From Anaeromyxobacteraceae bacterium (GTDB taxonomy: Bacteria; Myxococcota; Myxococcia; Myxococcales; Anaeromyxobacteraceae): a DNA stretch of 64,000 nucleotides. The stretch spans positions 736,001 to 800,000 of the forward strand of contig JAULAX010000015.1 in assembly GCA_032654565.1 (NCBI GenBank). The letters run 5' to 3'. Position 1 is the stretch's first letter. The number at the start of each line of letters is the position of its first letter. Of the stretch, positions 59,990-64,000 are shown piece after piece. The notes under the pieces were generated by a model. That model made no database searches and was not told the DNA's origin. It saw nothing but the letters and a program-made list of their open reading frames with translations. The position numbers and the translations under genes are program-made.

Positions 59990-60874
59990 ATGACCGCCCC
60001 CCGACAGGTCCTCCCCGGCACCACCTACCTCGTCACCCGCCGCTGCACCCAGCGCCAGTTCCTCCTTCGCCCCTCCAGGCCGGCCAGCCAGGTCTTCCTC
60101 TACCTCCTCGCGGTCGCCGCCGAGCGCTACGGCATCGAGGTCCACGCCTACTGCGTCATGTCGAACCACTACCACCTGGTGGTGACCGACCCCCACGCCC
60201 GCCTCCCGCTGTTCCACCTCTTCCTCGACGGCCTCGCCGGCCGGGCCCTCAACGCCCTGCTCGGTCGTCGCGAGGACTTCTGGGGCCCCGACAGCTACAG
60301 CGCCGTCGAGCTGGCCAGCCCGCAGGCCGTCGTCGACAAGGCCGCCTACACCCTGGCCAACCCGGTGGCGGCCGGGCTGGTCCGGTCGGCCCGTCGCTGG
60401 CCGGGGCTCTGGTCATCGCCTGACGAGGTGGGAGCAACCGGGCGCCAGGTGAAGCGCCCCACCCACTTCTTCGACCAGAAGGGGACCATGCCCGAGTCGG
60501 CGACCCTCACGCTCACCACCCCGCCCGGATTTCCCACCGCCGCCGCGTTCCGGGACCGGCTCTCCGCCGCGCTCGCCGAGCGGGAGGCCGTGGCGGTGAA
60601 GAAGGTCGGCACCTTCCTCGGCGTGGCCAGGGTGCTGGCGCAGAAGACCACCGCCCGAGCCAGGGAGCCGCAGCCGCTCGGCCAGCTCAACCCGAGGGTG
60701 GCGGCGCGCGACAGGTGGAAGCGGATCGAGGCGCTGGGCAGGCTGGTGGGCTTCCTCGCCGACTACCGGGCGGCGTTGCACCAGTGGCGCGCCGGCAACA
60801 GGAGCGCCGTCTTCCCTGCCGGCACCTACCTGATGCGGGTCGCCTGCGGTGTCGCCTGCGCCGGCGCTGGTTAG
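59990..60874 (+). CDS. REP-associated tyrosine transposase (RAYT, HUH Y1 family)
   Basis: YLVTRRC..RQF, HAYCVMSNHYHLVV (HUH), FW....S, Y...NPV.AGLV.....W. Confidence 0.88.
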   Translation: MTAPRQVLPGTTYLVTRRCTQRQFLLRPSRPASQVFLYLLAVAAERYGIEVHAYCVMSNHYHLVVTDPHARLPLFHLFLDGLAGRALNALLGRREDFWGPDSYSAVELASPQAVVDKAAYTLANPVAAGLVRSARRWPGLWSSPDEVGATGRQVKRPTHFFDQKGTMPESATLTLTTPPGFPTAAAFRDRLSAALAEREAVAVKKVGTFLGVARVLAQKTTARAREPQPLGQLNPRVAARDRWKRIEALGRLVGFLADYRAALHQWRAGNRSAVFPAGTYLMRVACGVACAGAG

Positions 60875-61125
60875 CCGCGACGACCACGCGGGCCTCACCA
60901 CCCTCGCCACCAGCAGTCTCCGGGAGCCACCCAGGCCTCGAGGGGCCGAGGCGTGTGCCCCTGCCCTCACCGAGCGCTTCTGGCAGCCCGACGCGCTGCG
61001 GCCTCAACCCCCGCTGAGGCACCACCTCACCACCTCGGCGCCTCCCTGACCAACGATCGCGGCCCCGGATCCCCAACGGCCCCTGGCCGAGGCCGGCCTC
61101 GCCAGGCCCGAACCCTCGGTCGGGA

Positions 61126-62430
61126 CTAACCCTTGAACCCGGCCAGCGCCGCCTTCACGAACCGCGACTGGACCTGCTCGCTGGCCATCACCGGCGCCGC
61201 GCCGGGCAGGTTGGTGAGCGCCCGCACCGCGTGGTGAAGGAAGCGGCTCCCCCCGCCCGCCCCCTCGTCGAAGAGCAGGTCAGCCAGCCGGCCGCGCTCG
61301 ATGGCCATGCGCACCATCCGCTCCACGGCGTTGGCCGGCACGTGCCGCGGCGCGCCCCCCGGCTCCATCTTCAACGATCCCTTGTGGCAGGCCGTGGCGC
61401 AGACGCCGCAGCCGATGCAGCGCTCGCCGTCGATGCGCGGCGCCAGCCCGTTCTTCGGCTTCCCGGCGGCCCGCTCCGGCACCATCTCGATGGCCGCCAC
61501 CGGGCAGGCCCGGGCGCAGCGCGAGCAGCCGCTGCAGGTGGCCTCATCGCGGCGCGGCGCGAAGCCGCTGGGGTTGACCGAGGCCAGCCCCCAGCGGTTG
61601 GCCCCCTGCAGCTGCTCGCAGCAGCAGCCGCAGCAGTTGCAGACGAAGGTGGGCCGGTGCTGGACGTTGTCGGCGATCTGCACCAGCCCGGCCTCGCGCG
61701 AGCGGGCCAGCAGCTCCAGCGCCTCGCTCCGCTCCACGGCCCGGCCGAAGCCGCGCCGGATGACGAACTCGGCCCCCCCGTTCACCGAGAGGCAGTTGTC
61801 CATGGGGGCGTCGCAGGCCTGGCCGAGGTGCTCGGCCTTGTGCCGGCAGTAGCAGAGCGACACCGCCCAGGCCCGCGCCTCGCCGATCACCTCGGTGGCC
61901 CGCTGCCACCCCAGCACCTCGGGGAGCGGGTCCTCGACCAGCGCCGGCTCGTGGACCAGGGCGCGCCCGATCACCGTGCCGCCGCCGAGCGCGTCGCGGG
62001 CGAAGGCCGGGTCACCGTGGGTGTAGGCGTGGAGCGCCTCGGCCATGCGCTTCTTGGGCACCGAGTCGGCGGCCCGCATCAGCGAGTACTCGAAGAAGCC
62101 CACCACCGGCGGCGAGAGGAACCAGGCGGTGGTGCCGGTCCTGGCGTGGACCAGGTCCATCACCAGCCCCTTGTCGGCCATCACCTCCAGCCGCGGCCGC
62201 AGCGCTTCGGCCGGGATCCCCACCCGCGCCGAGAGCTTCTCCAGCGACATGGGGCGCACCGGCAGCCGGGCCGCCAGGGCCGCCTCCTCGGGCGTGTAGA
62301 GGATCTCCAGGATCTCCTGCCACCCGGCACGCGCGGCCGGATCGTCCGGCTCCGGGTAGGCCACCGGCCCGGCCTGCAGCCGGTCGGCGAGGTCGCGGTA
62401 CTCCGTCTTCAGGCGGCCGAGGTGTCCCAT
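61126..62430 (-). CDS. 4Fe-4S dicluster/ferredoxin-domain protein with N-terminal HTH-like region
   Basis: CYCR, CNCCGCCC, CSGCSRCARACP, CIGCGVCATAC. Confidence 0.85.
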   Translation of the reverse strand: MGHLGRLKTEYRDLADRLQAGPVAYPEPDDPAARAGWQEILEILYTPEEAALAARLPVRPMSLEKLSARVGIPAEALRPRLEVMADKGLVMDLVHARTGTTAWFLSPPVVGFFEYSLMRAADSVPKKRMAEALHAYTHGDPAFARDALGGGTVIGRALVHEPALVEDPLPEVLGWQRATEVIGEARAWAVSLCYCRHKAEHLGQACDAPMDNCLSVNGGAEFVIRRGFGRAVERSEALELLARSREAGLVQIADNVQHRPTFVCNCCGCCCEQLQGANRWGLASVNPSGFAPRRDEATCSGCSRCARACPVAAIEMVPERAAGKPKNGLAPRIDGERCIGCGVCATACHKGSLKMEPGGAPRHVPANAVERMVRMAIERGRLADLLFDEGAGGGSRFLHHAVRALTNLPGAAPVMASEQVQSRFVKAALAGFKG

Positions 62431-62935
62431 GGACCACCGTTACCACGCGGGGAATGGACGCGGGGCGGCTACCGGCGCCCGGGCAGGCCCGCCCGTGCGG
62501 CCAGGCGTCGGCCTGCGACGGAGTGCGCCCCGCTCCGTCGCGCGCCGCTCGCCGGGTTCAGCGCCCCCGGGACTGGAAGGCGCGCCCCGCCTCCTCCCGC
62601 TGCGCCGCCACGGCGGCGACGCAGAGCTGGATCGACTCAGGCGCCTGGCGAGGGACCGGGCCATGGCCGAGCTCTTCACGGCGCGGGCTCGAAGAAGGCA
62701 CAGGCCCCGAGGACGAAGGAGGAGACACGACGCGGCTCGTCTCGGCCCGTGCGCCTCCCCGGGCTCCGGGAGGCACCCGCACCCAGAGCATGGTGAGCGG
62801 GTGGCGGGATGGCCAGCCTGAGCGATGGGACGGCCGGGAAGTCCGATCACGCGGTGCGGCGTACTCCGGGCGAACCCGCCAGGGCCCCGGACCAGCTCCG
62901 GCAGGCCCCCGAGAGGACCCCCGGCGCTGCGCCGG

Positions 62936-64000
62936 CTACCGCGCGAAGAGCTGCACCACGCCGGTGGTGAGGAAGGGCATGTAGGTGATGGCCAGCACGC
63001 CCACCGACATGATGATCAGGAAGGGGAAGGCGTTGCGGTAGAGCTGCGGCAGCGGCTTGCGGAAACGCTGCGCCGAGAGGAAGAGGTTGAGCCCCATGGG
63101 CGGGAAGAGGAAGCCCAGCTCCAGGTTGGCCAGGAAGACCACCCCGAGGTGGATGGGGTCGATGCCGTAGGCCACCCCCAACGGCGCCACCAGCGGCGCC
63201 AGCACCACGATGGCCGAGTAGATCTCCAGCACGCTCCCCAGCACCAGCAGCACGCCGTTGAGCATCAGCAGGAAGAGGGCCGGGCTGTGGACGTGGGTGG
63301 TCATCCACTCCACCAGCTGGGTGGGGATCTCGGCGTCGACGAACCAGCTGGTGACGCCGAGCGCGGTGCCGAGCAGCAGCACCACCGAGCCGACCAGGGT
63401 GGCGGCGCTGGAGAGGACGCCGGGCAGGTCGCGGAACGGCTTGATCTCCCGGAAGATGACCAGCTCGACGAGGATGGAGTAGGCCGCCGCCAGCGCCGAG
63501 GCCTCCACCACCGTGGCGTAGCCGCCCCCCACCGAGACCACCACCAGCAGCGGCAGGCCGAGGTCCCACTTGGCGTCCCACAGCGCCCGCCCCGCCTCGC
63601 GCGGGTCGAAGGCCTGGCGCGGGGCGCCGGAGCGGACGCCCATCCAGACCCCGTAGGCGGCCACCAGCAGGATCATCAGCAGCCCGGGGAGCAGCCCCCC
63701 GATGAACAGCTGGTCGATGGCGGCGCCGGCCACCACCGCGTAGAGGATGACCGGCAGTGAAGGCGGGAAGAGCAGCCCCAGCGAGCCGGAGGCGGTCACC
63801 AGGCCGAGCGAGAAGCCCTCCGGGTACTTGTCCTCGAGCAGCGCCGGCAGCAGCAGCCCGCCCACCGCCAGGATGGTGACGCCGGAGGCGCCGGTGAAGG
63901 TGGTGAAGACGGCGCAGACCATGGTGGCCATCACCGCCACGCCGCCGGGCATCCAGCCGAACATCCCCTTGTAGGCGCGCACCAGCCGCCGGGCCGCGCC
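62936..64000 (-). CDS. dctM: TRAP transporter large permease DctM (5' end outside window)
   Basis: TGASG, SGSLGLLFPPS.P.ILY, LFIGGLLPG, GIDPIHLG, PPMGLNLF. Confidence 0.88.
   Translation of the reverse strand, partial: GAARRLVRAYKGMFGWMPGGVAVMATMVCAVFTTFTGASGVTILAVGGLLLPALLEDKYPEGFSLGLVTASGSLGLLFPPSLPVILYAVVAGAAIDQLFIGGLLPGLLMILLVAAYGVWMGVRSGAPRQAFDPREAGRALWDAKWDLGLPLLVVVSVGGGYATVVEASALAAAYSILVELVIFREIKPFRDLPGVLSSAATLVGSVVLLLGTALGVTSWFVDAEIPTQLVEWMTTHVHSPALFLLMLNGVLLVLGSVLEIYSAIVVLAPLVAPLGVAYGIDPIHLGVVFLANLELGFLFPPMGLNLFLSAQRFRKPLPQLYRNAFPFLIIMSVGVLAITYMPFLTTGVVQLFAR

Larger units (their letters stand above)
59872..61126 (+). mobile_element. RAYT/Y1 transposase module bounded by 12-bp inverted repeats
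   Basis: GTCCCGACCGAG 59872-59883 and CTCGGTCGGGAC 61115-61126; fills the gap between two minus-strand genes. Confidence 0.65.

Noticed and set aside
62558..62791. 77-aa minus-strand ORF in the dctM gap
   Set aside because: Weak codon bias, no recognisable motif or SD

Overview
Very GC-rich, densely coding bacterial window whose gene content (FdhE, MshEN-only proteins, DUF4388, DUF3108, sigma54 activator, low-complexity tails) looks like a myxobacterium/Anaeromyxobacter-like deltaproteobacterium (inference). It is mostly housekeeping/envelope genes: fdhE, TlpA, MaoC pair, cystathionine lyase, exbBD, fpr, apaG, an ECF sigma/anti-sigma operon, cobB, three K+ transport genes, two tandem POT transporters, a KinB/AlgB-like two-component pair, a complete phoBR-porin-pstSCAB-phoU locus with clear 11-bp-periodic Pho boxes, a ufaD/ufaO/ufaM-like lipid-modification operon, ABC-F, DTW protein, 4Fe-4S protein and a TRAP permease. 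Two things stand out that the ORF track hides. (1) A secreted thioredoxin + helical-repeat protein at 27796-29142 whose active site reads W-A-P-W-[TGA]-P-T-C, i.e. a probable UxxC selenoprotein. (2) A RAYT/Y1 (HUH) transposase module at 59872-61126 bounded by 12-bp inverted repeats, with a sigma54-type promoter and flanking palindromes, whose GTCCCG/CGGGAC motif recurs in a structured intergenic element after phoU. No rRNA, tRNA or CRISPR array was seen. All family calls come from motif recognition by eye, not database searches.
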